From Bacteriovoracia bacterium (GTDB lineage Bacteria; Bdellovibrionota; UBA1018; CAIPTA01), in the NCBI GenBank assembly GCA_050246755.1, contig JBFWVL010000003.1:224001-288000 (forward strand): a stretch of 64,000 nucleotides of DNA. The letters are read 5' to 3'. The position numbers were made by a program, and so were the translations under genes. Under the pieces are notes generated by a model, which saw nothing but the letters and a program-made list of their open reading frames with translations, was not told the DNA's origin and ran no database searches. Below, piece by piece: positions 22,604-32,243 of this stretch. Numbering within the stretch: the first letter of the stretch is position 1; every line of letters begins with the position of its first letter.

Positions 22604-23581
22604 GTGAGTAACACTTCTCCCATCCTGAACGAACATGGCTATTTCCGCACCCGCGACGGCGTGCGTGTGTATTACTCGGTGGAAGGCCCCAAAGGAGCTC
22701 CGCCCCTCCTCTTTTGCTACGGCCTGGTTTGTTCGAAGCTGCAGTGGAAATACCAAATGGAGAAATTTCGCGCTACCCACCGCGTGATCTACATGGACTA
22801 CCGCGGGCACGGCCAAAGCGCCCGCCCGGAGGATGCCTCCACCGTAACGATCGAAAACCTCGCCCGCGATCTGGTTACGTTAATGGACGAGCTCGAAATC
22901 GATTCCGCCCCCGTGCTTGGCCACTCCCTAGGGGTGAATATCATTCTCGATCTTTACCGGATCGCGCCTAAACGCGTGAAAGCCTTGGTGCTCGCCAATG
23001 GAACCCCCAAGGATCCGTTCGAGACCATGTTCCACCACAATTTCCTTCAGGTCTTTTTCCCAGCCATCCGCAAGCTGCACGGCTTTTTCCCGGAGGCTTT
23101 GGGAAAATTCTGGCGTTCCCAGGGCACTAATCCGATCAACCAGGAATTCATCGCCCTCGCGGGATTCAATCCTAAATACGCAAAACGAGAAGACATCAAC
23201 GAGTACCTGCGCCTCACGAGCACCGTAGACCTCGATATTTTCATGAACTTGCTCGGTGATTTCATGAAACACGACTCCACCCACTGGCTCCACGAAGTGA
23301 AAGTGCCCACGCTCGTGATCGCCGGCCAGCGCGACCTTATCACTCCGCCTCTCAACCAGCGCATTTTCGCTCAGCTCGTTCCCGGCGCGGAATTCCATGA
23401 GGTAAAAGAAGGCTCGCACTGCCCGCAGATGGAAAAACCCGACGAAGTGAATGCGCTGCTTGCCCGGTTCCTTTCGGAAGCGGAAAAAATGCCCGCGAAG
23501 AAGAATCCCAAGGTGGCGGCGAAGAAAAACGGCAAGAAATCTATTTCACGTCCGCGAGGAAGGGCTGTCCAAGCGGATTGA
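22604..23581 (+). CDS. Alpha/beta hydrolase
   Basis: DYRGHGQS, GHSLG nucleophile elbow, VPTLVIAGQRD, GSHCPQME; GTG start after a GAGGA RBS. Confidence 0.9.
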   Translation: MSNTSPILNEHGYFRTRDGVRVYYSVEGPKGAPPLLFCYGLVCSKLQWKYQMEKFRATHRVIYMDYRGHGQSARPEDASTVTIENLARDLVTLMDELEIDSAPVLGHSLGVNIILDLYRIAPKRVKALVLANGTPKDPFETMFHHNFLQVFFPAIRKLHGFFPEALGKFWRSQGTNPINQEFIALAGFNPKYAKREDINEYLRLTSTVDLDIFMNLLGDFMKHDSTHWLHEVKVPTLVIAGQRDLITPPLNQRIFAQLVPGAEFHEVKEGSHCPQMEKPDEVNALLARFLSEAEKMPAKKNPKVAAKKNGKKSISRPRGRAVQAD

Positions 23582-24983
23582 TAAAAAATCCCTGCCAGCG
23601 TTTTTTCACGATCGCCACCGTATCGCGAGTATAGAGCGGAACGATAAATCCGGCTTCCATCAGCGTATCCTCCGCATCCTGGTAGCGCCCTTCGCTCACG
23701 GCGCGGTCGTAAACCGCCGAGGTCCAGCCTGTCCAATTGGCGGTGCTGCCCGTCATGAATTCCTGCAGGTAAGCGCGGGGATGATTGTAAGGGGCCGTAA
23801 TACCGCCGAGAAAAATCGAGGCGGTATTGGTGCCGATCTCTTTCCAATAAACCTTCGCCTCCTGCACCTGGATGGGAATCCTCACGCCGAGTTTTTTTTC
23901 CCACTGTCCCTGCGCCCACTCCGCCAGCTGCTTGTGCGCTTCTTTGTTATATACCCGGAGCGTGAGGTCCATTTTTCCTTCCGCCGCGGCAGCGGCGAGC
24001 AGCGCCTTTGCTTCCGCCATTTGCTTCGCATGCTCCCTCACTACTATTTTCTTCAGCTCGGGAAAAATCTGGTTCGTCAGCCACCGGCGCGTTCCCTGAT
24101 ATTCCTTGCCCAATACCTTAGGCACTTCGGAGCGGTCTAACGCCCAGGAAAGCGCGGCGCGCAACGTGGGATTGCGCAGAAGAACCGACTTTTCCGCATT
24201 CAGGCCGAAGTAGTAAGACGTGAGCGAAGGAAATAAACGGAACTCGCCACCCGCCTCCAACTTCGGCGTACGCAGCAACAGATTGAGATCGCGCATCCAA
24301 TCGAGCTTTCCCTGCTCAAAAAGCGTTTTGGCGGTGCCGTCGTCGGGCACGAAGTAATATTCCAAGCTGTCGAGCGTCCCCTTCTCTTCGTAGAAAGGAT
24401 TGCGCTCAAGGGTGAGCAGCTGCCCCGGCTTCCAGCTCTGCACGCGGTAAGGCCCGTTCACGAAGAGAGTATTGCCTTCGTTGAAGGCGCGGGGATTTTT
24501 CGCGAGATTATCGAGCCGCAACGGAAAGAACACATAATGCGAAAGCAGCGCGATCGCTTCGGGAGCCGGGCGGGAAAATACCACCTGGAGCTCGCGGCAG
24601 CTTTTCGCCTCGTAACTTTTAAAAATCGAAGCGTAGTGCGCGTAAGGCGAAGCGAACTTTTTGTTGCGGAGCCGGTCCCATGAATCCACGAATTGCTGCG
24701 CGCAGAGCGGAGAGCCATCGCTCCAGCGGCGGCTGCGTTTTAAGTGCAACTCCAATTTCGTATGCTCGGCATTCCATTTGAAAGATTGGGCCGCGGCGGT
24801 CTGCGGCGCGCCGTTTTTGTCCGCGCGGAAAAGCCCCTCCATCAATTGGTAAACCACTTCCGGATTCACCTCTCCGTAGTTCCAGTCAAGAGTGCCGAGA
24901 TCTTCCGCCAAACGCACGCGAAATACTTTGGGATCAGCCGCAAAAACTTGGAAGGCCAGGAGGAGAGAGAGGAAAAAGGGCAT
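23541..24983 (-). CDS. Peptide ABC transporter substrate-binding protein (family 5, OppA-like)
   Basis: Signal peptide, LMEGL, WSDGSPL, VNGPY, LERNPFY, LRAALSWALDR. Confidence 0.88.
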   Translation of the reverse strand: MPFFLSLLLAFQVFAADPKVFRVRLAEDLGTLDWNYGEVNPEVVYQLMEGLFRADKNGAPQTAAAQSFKWNAEHTKLELHLKRSRRWSDGSPLCAQQFVDSWDRLRNKKFASPYAHYASIFKSYEAKSCRELQVVFSRPAPEAIALLSHYVFFPLRLDNLAKNPRAFNEGNTLFVNGPYRVQSWKPGQLLTLERNPFYEEKGTLDSLEYYFVPDDGTAKTLFEQGKLDWMRDLNLLLRTPKLEAGGEFRLFPSLTSYYFGLNAEKSVLLRNPTLRAALSWALDRSEVPKVLGKEYQGTRRWLTNQIFPELKKIVVREHAKQMAEAKALLAAAAAEGKMDLTLRVYNKEAHKQLAEWAQGQWEKKLGVRIPIQVQEAKVYWKEIGTNTASIFLGGITAPYNHPRAYLQEFMTGSTANWTGWTSAVYDRAVSEGRYQDAEDTLMEAGFIVPLYTRDTVAIVKKRWQGFFINPLGQPFLADVK

Positions 24984-25016
24984 GCGGTAGTTTACCAGAG
25001 AATACCATCGAAGAGC

Positions 25017-26294
25017 TTAGTTTAACGTGGTTTCGCTCAAACCCTGGGGTAGCAAATGCCCCAGTACACGGTGCATGGCCATTTTTGTCTGAGCGGCTTT
25101 GTACACTGCATGGGACGCGCGGCCGCTTTCGGCCTCTTCAAAATTCTCTAAATCCATGATTTGCACTTCAAAGGGATAAAAAAATCTCTGTTCCTTTGCG
25201 AACTGCGAAAAATCCAAGCGGTCCATCACCGATTTCACTTCTTGGTCTTGCGTATTGCGCAGCAAGGCGCGCAGGTTTTTTACCTCTTCGAAAACACTGG
25301 AACGGTACTTGATTAGCTGGCGGCAAGTGAACTGAATCGAGTGGAAGGTAGACATAGTGAAAGGATTATTTTCCGTAATCTCTTTTTGGGCTTCCGCGTA
25401 TCCCTCGAGTAGTGAAGACTCGAGCAGGCTGTTTATCGCCTCACGGTCACTCAGCTCTCCCCGCACCACGGCGTGCCGTACTTCACGCCATTTACGGCGG
25501 TATAATTTCGGATCCACCAGATTATTCCGTGAGCGTGAAGGCCGCAGGTTCATCATCATTACGATGTAACGGTCGCGCAGGTATTTCAGCACCCGCACCA
25601 CGTCGATCCGGGAATTGGTCACGAAGCGTACGCCGATCTGATCGAACACGTCCTCGGCCAGCGTCTCTTTTTTATGGAGAAGTTTCAAGATCACCGAATC
25701 CCGCGTCTTGCGTGGCTTAGTCTGGAACTTTTCCAGGGCTACGGAGTTAGCGTGCCGCGGATCTCCTAAATAAATTTTTCCTTCCTCGGTATGAATTTCT
25801 TTATAGAAACGATCGAAGATCTGCTTTTGGATCTCGGGAAAAAAATCGTGGCGCAAATCTTTATCCAGATGAGAGATGGCGTGCACCACACGGAGGATAG
25901 AGCAGGCCCAGCGCGTACGGTTGATTTCCTCCAGGCTCTTATCGGAGGCCCAGGCGAATAGCAGCCGTACGTCACTCAGCTCAAGAAAAGCTTTGGGAAT
26001 CTCGAGATCGGCGCCGTCCGGATTGTCCGGCTTCAGAAAATAGCGACGAATGAAACGCAGAGCCTCGTGGTAGTTGCCGAGCACCTCGGCCCCCTCCACG
26101 GGGTTCTCCAAATTATAACCGTACTTGAAAAGAAATTCGTCGGCGGCTTCCACGGTGCGGATCGGCAAGCCGTGATGGGAATCGATCACGCTGCGGCCAC
26201 GCAACATGAGGTTCATCACGTCGCGCGCGAGGCGAAGCGAATCCACGTAGGCGAGAAGCTCCTCGGCTGTCTGCTGCGGCGTAACTTCCACCAA
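25017..26294 (-). CDS. TIGR04552/TIGR04562-like protein (RelA/SpoT synthetase-like nucleotidyltransferase)
   Basis: KPRKTRDSVILKLLHK, DVFDQIGVRFV, FHSIQF, FEVQI, SHAVYK. Confidence 0.8.
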   Translation of the reverse strand: MVEVTPQQTAEELLAYVDSLRLARDVMNLMLRGRSVIDSHHGLPIRTVEAADEFLFKYGYNLENPVEGAEVLGNYHEALRFIRRYFLKPDNPDGADLEIPKAFLELSDVRLLFAWASDKSLEEINRTRWACSILRVVHAISHLDKDLRHDFFPEIQKQIFDRFYKEIHTEEGKIYLGDPRHANSVALEKFQTKPRKTRDSVILKLLHKKETLAEDVFDQIGVRFVTNSRIDVVRVLKYLRDRYIVMMMNLRPSRSRNNLVDPKLYRRKWREVRHAVVRGELSDREAINSLLESSLLEGYAEAQKEITENNPFTMSTFHSIQFTCRQLIKYRSSVFEEVKNLRALLRNTQDQEVKSVMDRLDFSQFAKEQRFFYPFEVQIMDLENFEEAESGRASHAVYKAAQTKMAMHRVLGHLLPQGLSETTLN

Positions 26295-26334
26295 AATTCC
26301 CCCCGAGCCATAGAAGAGCTGTTATGCTCTAAGT

Positions 26335-26835
26335 ATGGCTCAAGCTTCCTTATACACCTTTTTCGCGGCGCTCAGTGAGCTAGTCGCTACCTTTTTTTAC
26401 GTGGGACGCTCCCCCAAAGCTCCGGGCACCATGGGCTCGCTCGTAGCACTGCCCTTCGCCTGGTATCTATGGATGCTGCCCGTAGAGATGGCGTGGCCCA
26501 TCGTGATCGCAGTTTTTTTATTAGGATGCTGGGCGGCAAGTGGCGTGATTCGCCGCACCGGAACTCAGGATCACCAGAGCGTGGTGATCGATGAAGTGGT
26601 GGGGATTTTTTTGACCACCAGCATCGCGGCCCACCTTTGGTGGCATTACTTATTGGCTTTCCTGCTTTTCCGCATCTTCGATATTTGGAAACCCTTCCCG
26701 GTGGGACTCGTGGACAAAAATATCAAGGGTGGATTCGGCACCATGCTCGATGATGTGGTGGCGGCTATGTTTGCCACCGGAATTCTCTGGGTGATCTTGC
26801 GCTATTCGGCGGGGATGGTTGGGGCGAGCGCTTAG
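26335..26835 (+). CDS. pgpA: Phosphatidylglycerophosphatase A
   Basis: PKAPGTMGS, DHQSVVIDEVVG, FRIFDIWKPFP, GGFGTMLDD. Confidence 0.95.
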   Translation: MAQASLYTFFAALSELVATFFYVGRSPKAPGTMGSLVALPFAWYLWMLPVEMAWPIVIAVFLLGCWAASGVIRRTGTQDHQSVVIDEVVGIFLTTSIAAHLWWHYLLAFLLFRIFDIWKPFPVGLVDKNIKGGFGTMLDDVVAAMFATGILWVILRYSAGMVGASA

Positions 26836-27252
26836 CTAGCTTACTAATTTACTGAGCACCACGGCTACGCCGATCGCCACGGACACGATGGTTCCGAGCT
26901 TGATCGTCATGCGATATTCCAGGGCTTTCATTTCGTGGCGAAGTTCGGAACCAAGTTCTTTCATTTCGCCACGAAGCTCGGAACCAAGCTCTTTCATTTC
27001 ACCGCGAAGCTCGGTGGTGACGGCCTTCATCTCGCCCCGTAATTCAATCGCGAGATCCTTCATTTCTTGGCGCAAAACCGCACTGAGATTTTTCATCTCT
27101 TGCACCATCTGGTTCGTCAAATCTCGAATATCTTGCTGCGTGGCTAAATGACTGTCCATAAGCTCTACCAAAATTTGTATGTGAGCCTCAGCTTCCTCGC
27201 GCGACAAGCCAATCTCTTCCAATCTTTTAACATATTTGAGCGAATTAAACAT
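26836..27252 (-). CDS. DUF1640/CCDC90-like coiled-coil protein with a C-terminal membrane anchor
   Basis: FNSLKYVKRLEEIGLSREEAEA...LATQQDI head, EMK repeats, terminal TM (MTIKLGTIV...). Confidence 0.85.
   Translation of the reverse strand: MFNSLKYVKRLEEIGLSREEAEAHIQILVELMDSHLATQQDIRDLTNQMVQEMKNLSAVLRQEMKDLAIELRGEMKAVTTELRGEMKELGSELRGEMKELGSELRHEMKALEYRMTIKLGTIVSVAIGVAVVLSKLVS
26925..27105 (-). repeat. 33-bp (11-aa) tandem repeat, about 6 degenerate units
   Basis: TTCAT(T/C)TC recurs at 33-bp spacing, encoding LRGEMKELGSE-type units. Confidence 0.85.
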
Positions 27253-27276
27253 GCGTTCTCCTTCGGCCGCCCGAGG

Positions 27277-27292
27277 GCAGAAAGAAGGCCAA
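27277..27292 (-). promoter_or_regulatory. sigma54-type -24/-12 promoter of the DUF1640-like gene
   Basis: TTGGCCTTCTTTCTGC (GG-N10-GC); palindrome AAAGTCC-TT-GGACTTT further upstream. Confidence 0.5.
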
Positions 27293-27399
27293 GTCTCCCT
27301 GCCCTATCCAACGAAAGTCCTTGGACTTTTTCCAAACACGCCCGATTTCCGTTCAAAAAATTTCCGAAAATCCTCCAACGGGCGTAACGTGCTCCGGGA

Positions 27400-28698
27400 A
27401 TGGCAAAAAAATCCGGTAAAGAAGTTCTCCTCCTCTCCATCGGCGACGAGCTCCTCGATGGCCGTACCCAGAACACGAATGCGTCCTGGATCGGCGAACA
27501 GTTTCGCCTAAACGGAATCAAGGTCACGGAAGTACGCTGCGTTTCAGATGATCTTTCCGAAATCGTGGAAGCCCTGCACACCGGTAAAAAATTCTCTGTC
27601 GTGATCGCCACCGGCGGGCTCGGCCCCACGAACGACGACCGCACCCTTCTCGGCGCAGCGAAGGCCTTCAAGAAAGCACTCGTCAAAACGAAAGCGTCCC
27701 TCGAGCACGTGAGGTCCCGCTACGCCGCAAGAAACGTGGAGCTCACCGAAACGCGGCAACGCCTAGCGCTCGTGCCCAAAGGTGCAAAAATTCTCCAGAA
27801 TCCCACCGGCACCGCTCCGGGCGTTCATCTGAAAATAGAAAAAACGGATTTCTTTTTTCTTCCCGGCCCACCCCACGAGTGCCGCCCGATGTTCGAGGCG
27901 GATATTTTACCCAAGGCAAAAAAGAAACTATCGGCTAATAAGCTGGTACGCCGCGAATTCTGGCGCACCTTCGGCCGCGGCGAAGGTGATATCTACGCGA
28001 GCGTAAAACCGATAGTGGAAACGCTCGAGCAGAAATACCCGGAAGCGATCCGCTTCGGCGTGCATATCAGTTTTCCTTATATTGACCTCACTCTTGAGCA
28101 TTGGAAGGCACCCGGAAAGAAAAATCCTGCCCCCGCGGAGCTGGATGCCGCCGTAAAAGCAGTCCTACGCGCCCTCGGAATGCTTTGCTTCACGCGTGAA
28201 CGCGAAACCTTGCCCGAAGTATTAGTGAAAATGCTGCAGTACCTGAAGTGCACGGTCGCCACCGCCGAGAGCTGCACGGGTGGCCTCGCCGGAAAACTAC
28301 TCACCGATATTCCCGGCACTTCTTCGGTATATCTGGGCGGCGTGATCGCCTATGCAAATGAAGTAAAAGTTTCTTTGCTCGGAGTAAGGCCGGAAATTTT
28401 AGAAACGGTGGGCGCCGTATCGGAGCCCTGCGCTTTTCAAATGGCGGAGGGCGCGCGCTTGCGGTTTGGGTCTACGTTTGCCTTGGCGCTTACCGGAATT
28501 TCCGGGCCGGGCGGCGCCACCCCGACTAAACCGGTCGGAACATTATATGTAGCGCTTTCGGACGCCGAAGGTTCGCAAACCATGCACCATGTTATTTTAT
28601 CCAGTAAAGGCAATAGAGAACAGAATCGGATTATTGCCGCTCATCTTGCATTCGATGCGCTGCGCCGGCGGATTCTTAATGCTACAAAATCAACGTAA
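27400..28698 (+). CDS. cinA: CinA family competence/damage-inducible protein (NMN deamidase domain)
   Basis: IGDELLDG..NTNA, TGGLGPTNDD, LPGPP, TAESCTGG, TGISGPGG, KPVGT. Confidence 0.95.
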   Translation: MAKKSGKEVLLLSIGDELLDGRTQNTNASWIGEQFRLNGIKVTEVRCVSDDLSEIVEALHTGKKFSVVIATGGLGPTNDDRTLLGAAKAFKKALVKTKASLEHVRSRYAARNVELTETRQRLALVPKGAKILQNPTGTAPGVHLKIEKTDFFFLPGPPHECRPMFEADILPKAKKKLSANKLVRREFWRTFGRGEGDIYASVKPIVETLEQKYPEAIRFGVHISFPYIDLTLEHWKAPGKKNPAPAELDAAVKAVLRALGMLCFTRERETLPEVLVKMLQYLKCTVATAESCTGGLAGKLLTDIPGTSSVYLGGVIAYANEVKVSLLGVRPEILETVGAVSEPCAFQMAEGARLRFGSTFALALTGISGPGGATPTKPVGTLYVALSDAEGSQTMHHVILSSKGNREQNRIIAAHLAFDALRRRILNATKST

Positions 28699-28710
28699 AG
28701 AAAAAACCGG

Positions 28711-28739
28711 TGTACTAAAAATGTACTACTTGTTATAAA
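28711..28739 (+). promoter_or_regulatory. recA promoter with an overlapping GTAC-N7-GTAC operator-like site
   Basis: TGTACTA occurs twice (28711, 28722); extended -10 TGtTATAAA at 28731-28739. Confidence 0.5.
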
Positions 28740-28740
28740 T

Positions 28741-28812
28741 ACTCATACTCTGTTGAGATGCTTCTCACAAACACACTAAAGCGTGTGGGCAGGATCTCAG
28801 CAGAGTAGGAGT
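28741..28812 (+). promoter_or_regulatory. Long imperfect hairpin in the recA 5' leader
   Basis: ACTCATACTCTGTTGAGAT pairs with ATCTCAGCAGAGTAGGAGT; inner CTCAC/GTGGG stem. Confidence 0.65.
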
Positions 28813-28853
28813 GACAAAATAAATATCGGATTAATAAAGGGAGTAAATATCGT

Positions 28854-30038
28854 ATGGCTCATGAAGTAATGGCGAATGTAAATCAAGCAACGGGACCGAA
28901 AGCGAAAGCACTGGAACTAGCCATCCAGACAATTGAGAAGCAATTTGGGCGCGGCAGCATTATGCGTCTCGGCACCGGACAGAACTTGCACGAAGGAATC
29001 CAAGCAATTCCTACCGGTAGCTTATCTCTCGATCTCGCTCTCGGCATCGGCGGCATTCCTAAAGGAAGAGTGATCGAAGTATACGGCCCGGAATCTTCGG
29101 GTAAAACCACTTTGGCCCTCACTTCCATCGCGGAATGCCAAAAGCAAGGCGGCACCGCCGCGTTCGTGGACGCTGAGCATGCGCTCGACGTGGAATACGC
29201 GCGTAAGCTAGGCGTAGACGTAGATTCTCTCCTTATTTCGCAACCCGATACTGGGGAACAAGCCCTCGAGATCGTGGATATGCTCATCAAGAGCTCGGCC
29301 GTAGACATCCTCGTGGTGGACTCCGTAGCCGCCCTCGTTCCGCGCGCGGAACTAGAAGGCGATATGGGCGATCACCAAATGGGAGCGCAAGCCCGCCTCA
29401 TGAGCCAAGCTTTGCGTAAACTCACGGGTTCGATTTCGAAATCGAAATCTACGGTGATCTTCATCAACCAAATCCGCATGAAGATTGGTGTGATGTTCGG
29501 TAACCCCGAGACCACCACCGGTGGTAACGCGCTGAAATTCTACGCCTCCGTGCGCATGGACGTGCGCCGTATTGCCGCTATCAAAAATGGCGACGATGTA
29601 ATCGGTAACCGCACGCGCGTGAAAGTGGTGAAAAACAAAGTTTCGCCTCCCTTTAAAGAAGTGGAGTTCGATATTCTCTACGGCAAAGGGATCTGTAAAG
29701 AAGGGGACCTTCTCGACCTCGGCGCTTCCCTCAACGTGATCGAGAAAAGCGGTACCTGGTACAGCTACTCGGGAGAACGTCTCGGCCAAGGCCGCGACGC
29801 CGCTCGCGAAACGCTAAAAGCCAATCCGAAGATGCTCAATGAGATCCGCGAAAAAGTGCTGAAGATGAAAGGAATCCTGAATCGTGGCGCCGTGATCTCG
29901 AATCCAGCTGAGCCAGTAGCGGCAAGCCTTGAAAAGGCAGATAAGGAAGCTAAATCCGAAAGCAAAGTGGAAAACAAGCACGAGGCAAAATCCCCGGTGC
30001 ATGCCGCTCACGCCAAAGGATCGAAAAAAGTACAGTAA
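28854..30038 (+). CDS. recA: Recombinase RecA
   Basis: [56 protein letters not shown]. Confidence 0.99.
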   Translation: MAHEVMANVNQATGPKAKALELAIQTIEKQFGRGSIMRLGTGQNLHEGIQAIPTGSLSLDLALGIGGIPKGRVIEVYGPESSGKTTLALTSIAECQKQGGTAAFVDAEHALDVEYARKLGVDVDSLLISQPDTGEQALEIVDMLIKSSAVDILVVDSVAALVPRAELEGDMGDHQMGAQARLMSQALRKLTGSISKSKSTVIFINQIRMKIGVMFGNPETTTGGNALKFYASVRMDVRRIAAIKNGDDVIGNRTRVKVVKNKVSPPFKEVEFDILYGKGICKEGDLLDLGASLNVIEKSGTWYSYSGERLGQGRDAARETLKANPKMLNEIREKVLKMKGILNRGAVISNPAEPVAASLEKADKEAKSESKVENKHEAKSPVHAAHAKGSKKVQ

Positions 30039-30088
30039 AGCGTAGTTCTCGGGAGGAACCATTCCCGTTTAGCTGTTACTATGAGCCC

Positions 30089-32092
30089 ATGGGAGAAAAA
30101 CTTTTCCTGTGGGCTTTTTCTTTTTCGGCTACCGCCGCCTTACTGGCGCACGTGGCCCTCGCCGCCGACCCTCCTCCCGTGAACCAGGGAGCCGGTACCT
30201 ACGTTCCGGGCACCGCCTTAAATTCACCGGCGGTTCAGGGGGCCGCCAACTCTCCTAGTTACGGAGCCCCTAGAAACATCGGCACGATCCCCACTCCGGA
30301 CACCATCCCTCCTCCCACCGATCTCCAATTGAAATCTCAGGATCAGCTCTTCGGCCAGTATCGCACCGCTAAGGGCGAGGTAAAGCTCGCGAAAATGTTC
30401 CTGGATCGCTACAAGCAGTCCGTAGTGCGGGTGATTGCCCGCGATTTAGCCGGCAACGAACTCTCTCGCTCGATGGGGGTGGGAATCGGGCGCAATGGAG
30501 AATACATCGCCGTACCGCTCTCAATCGTGCTCGGAAATTCCCAGCAGTGGGCGGATCGCATCGAGGTCACCCACAGCGCCGGAAATAAGTATAACGCGCA
30601 GGTAGCCCTCATCGATGAAGAGAAAAATATCGTTCTCCTCGCGCCCGAGGCGAATCCGGCACCGATTCCCTTCGTGCGCGATACTGATGAACGTCCTCAG
30701 ACTTCTATTTTCACCATTTCCTTCGTGGACGCCCCCGACAATAAGATCACGGCGAGTATTCAACGCGGAACCCTCGCCGCCGCGAACCAAGAAAATGGGC
30801 TGCTTTCGGTGGCGGGCAACGAGATCAACGATGCCCAGGCCGGGACCGCTATCATCAATGCCACCGGCCAGCTGGTGGGCATGCTCCTGCCGGGTGGCCG
30901 GGGAGTGCTTTCCTCCGCGCTGCAGATGCTGATCGTGAAAGCGCGAAAAGCCGAGCCCTTCGAGCCCAGTCTGATCGGCATGATCCTCGGGCGCGGAGTG
31001 CTCGTGGATCCGAAACAGAAAGTGGCTTTCCCCACCATCGGCGCCGCGCTCGAGGCCATCAAAAAAGGCGAAGCGCCCAAGGCAGATGTGTCGCGCTATA
31101 CTCCCGCAAAAAATCGTACCGTGGCCCCCAGAGACTCCGACAAAGTGGTGATAAAAGTGATGCCCGGCACCTACAAGGAAGCCAAGCCCATCGCCCTTGG
31201 CTCCAACGTTTCACTGGCCGGTTCCGGTGCCGCCTCCACCACGCTGCTGGGAGCTCTGCCCGGAAAACCGGTCCTGCTCCTGCAGGATTCTAAAAACGTG
31301 AGCGTCTCAGGATTCCGCATCGTACCGGCGCCCCTTCAGGAAATGAAGGCCCCGACGGTAATCGTGAGCAAGTCCTCCGACGTGAAAATGAGCGGCAATG
31401 TTTTCGAAGCCAAGGGCGGCGTGAGCCTCTGGGTGCACGAATCGGTATCGGTGGAGCTTGGCGGGAATATCTTCACCCGCGGCCGGGAACGCGCCCTATC
31501 TTGCGACCGCTCCAGCATGATCATCGAGGCCAATGGCTTCATCGGCGACTGGCCCATCGGCATCTCGGCCGACCGCGCCTGCCGGGCGGAGATTTCCCGG
31601 AATCTTTTCCTCGACAATAAAACCTCGCTCACCATCTCGGGACTCGCCGGCCGCATTCGCCTGCAACAAAACACATTTATACGCAACGCGGTGGGCGTGA
31701 AAATGTACGTGGCCAGCAACTTCAGCATGACCGACAACTTATTCACCGAAACCCCTATTGGGCTCATCAGCACGGGTGACGTGGACCCGAAATCGCTGGG
31801 CCGGAACGGCGTTTGGCAATCGAAGCTGCAGGCCAAAGGGAAAACTCTTACGCTCGTGGATATCGTGCGCAGCGAGCCTAAATTCGTGGCGCCGGCATCC
31901 TACGATTTTCGGATTTCGCCGGGCAAAGCCCAGGTAGGAAACGCTTCCCTCGGCACCGGGCTGGACCTCGGTGCTTTTCAGCGAACCGATATGCTGGGCC
32001 GGTATACCGAGCCTTTCGCGCATGCGCTGAGCGCCGCAACGGGAGATCCGGATCTGGCGGAAGCTTGGGGTTTAGCCACTAAACTGAAGTAG
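30089..32092 (+). CDS. Secreted protein with a degenerate trypsin-like domain and a right-handed beta-helix domain
   Basis: Signal peptide; DEEKNIVLL and AGTAIINATGQLVGM resemble trypsin-like motifs; FPTIGAAL...VMPGTYKE and repeated xGNxF motifs indicate a beta-helix. Confidence 0.7.
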   Translation: MGEKLFLWAFSFSATAALLAHVALAADPPPVNQGAGTYVPGTALNSPAVQGAANSPSYGAPRNIGTIPTPDTIPPPTDLQLKSQDQLFGQYRTAKGEVKLAKMFLDRYKQSVVRVIARDLAGNELSRSMGVGIGRNGEYIAVPLSIVLGNSQQWADRIEVTHSAGNKYNAQVALIDEEKNIVLLAPEANPAPIPFVRDTDERPQTSIFTISFVDAPDNKITASIQRGTLAAANQENGLLSVAGNEINDAQAGTAIINATGQLVGMLLPGGRGVLSSALQMLIVKARKAEPFEPSLIGMILGRGVLVDPKQKVAFPTIGAALEAIKKGEAPKADVSRYTPAKNRTVAPRDSDKVVIKVMPGTYKEAKPIALGSNVSLAGSGAASTTLLGALPGKPVLLLQDSKNVSVSGFRIVPAPLQEMKAPTVIVSKSSDVKMSGNVFEAKGGVSLWVHESVSVELGGNIFTRGRERALSCDRSSMIIEANGFIGDWPIGISADRACRAEISRNLFLDNKTSLTISGLAGRIRLQQNTFIRNAVGVKMYVASNFSMTDNLFTETPIGLISTGDVDPKSLGRNGVWQSKLQAKGKTLTLVDIVRSEPKFVAPASYDFRISPGKAQVGNASLGTGLDLGAFQRTDMLGRYTEPFAHALSAATGDPDLAEAWGLATKLK

Positions 32093-32214
32093 GGTCTTGA
32101 CGCGCCGCTTATCCGACACGGGAAGTGAATTTCTATTTTCGAACCTGACTTCGTTAGAAAATCGGACACCGCTTAGAAAATTCCAGCTCCCCCGTTTACT
32201 TACGAGCACTCCCT

Positions 32215-32230
32215 TTGGCTCTATTCCTGC
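32215..32230 (+). promoter_or_regulatory. sigma54-type promoter of the HNH gene
   Basis: TTGGCTCTATTCCTGC (GG-N10-GC), 13 nt before ATG 32244. Confidence 0.5.
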
Positions 32231-32243
32231 TGCCCTCGAGCCC

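Noticed and set aside
26925-27105. 33-bp periodicity as a possible CRISPR array
   Set aside because: Contiguous coding repeats with no unique spacers and no cas genes
28854-30038. Longer-than-usual RecA as a possible intein host
   Set aside because: Core motifs are contiguous; the extra length is a low-complexity C-terminal tail
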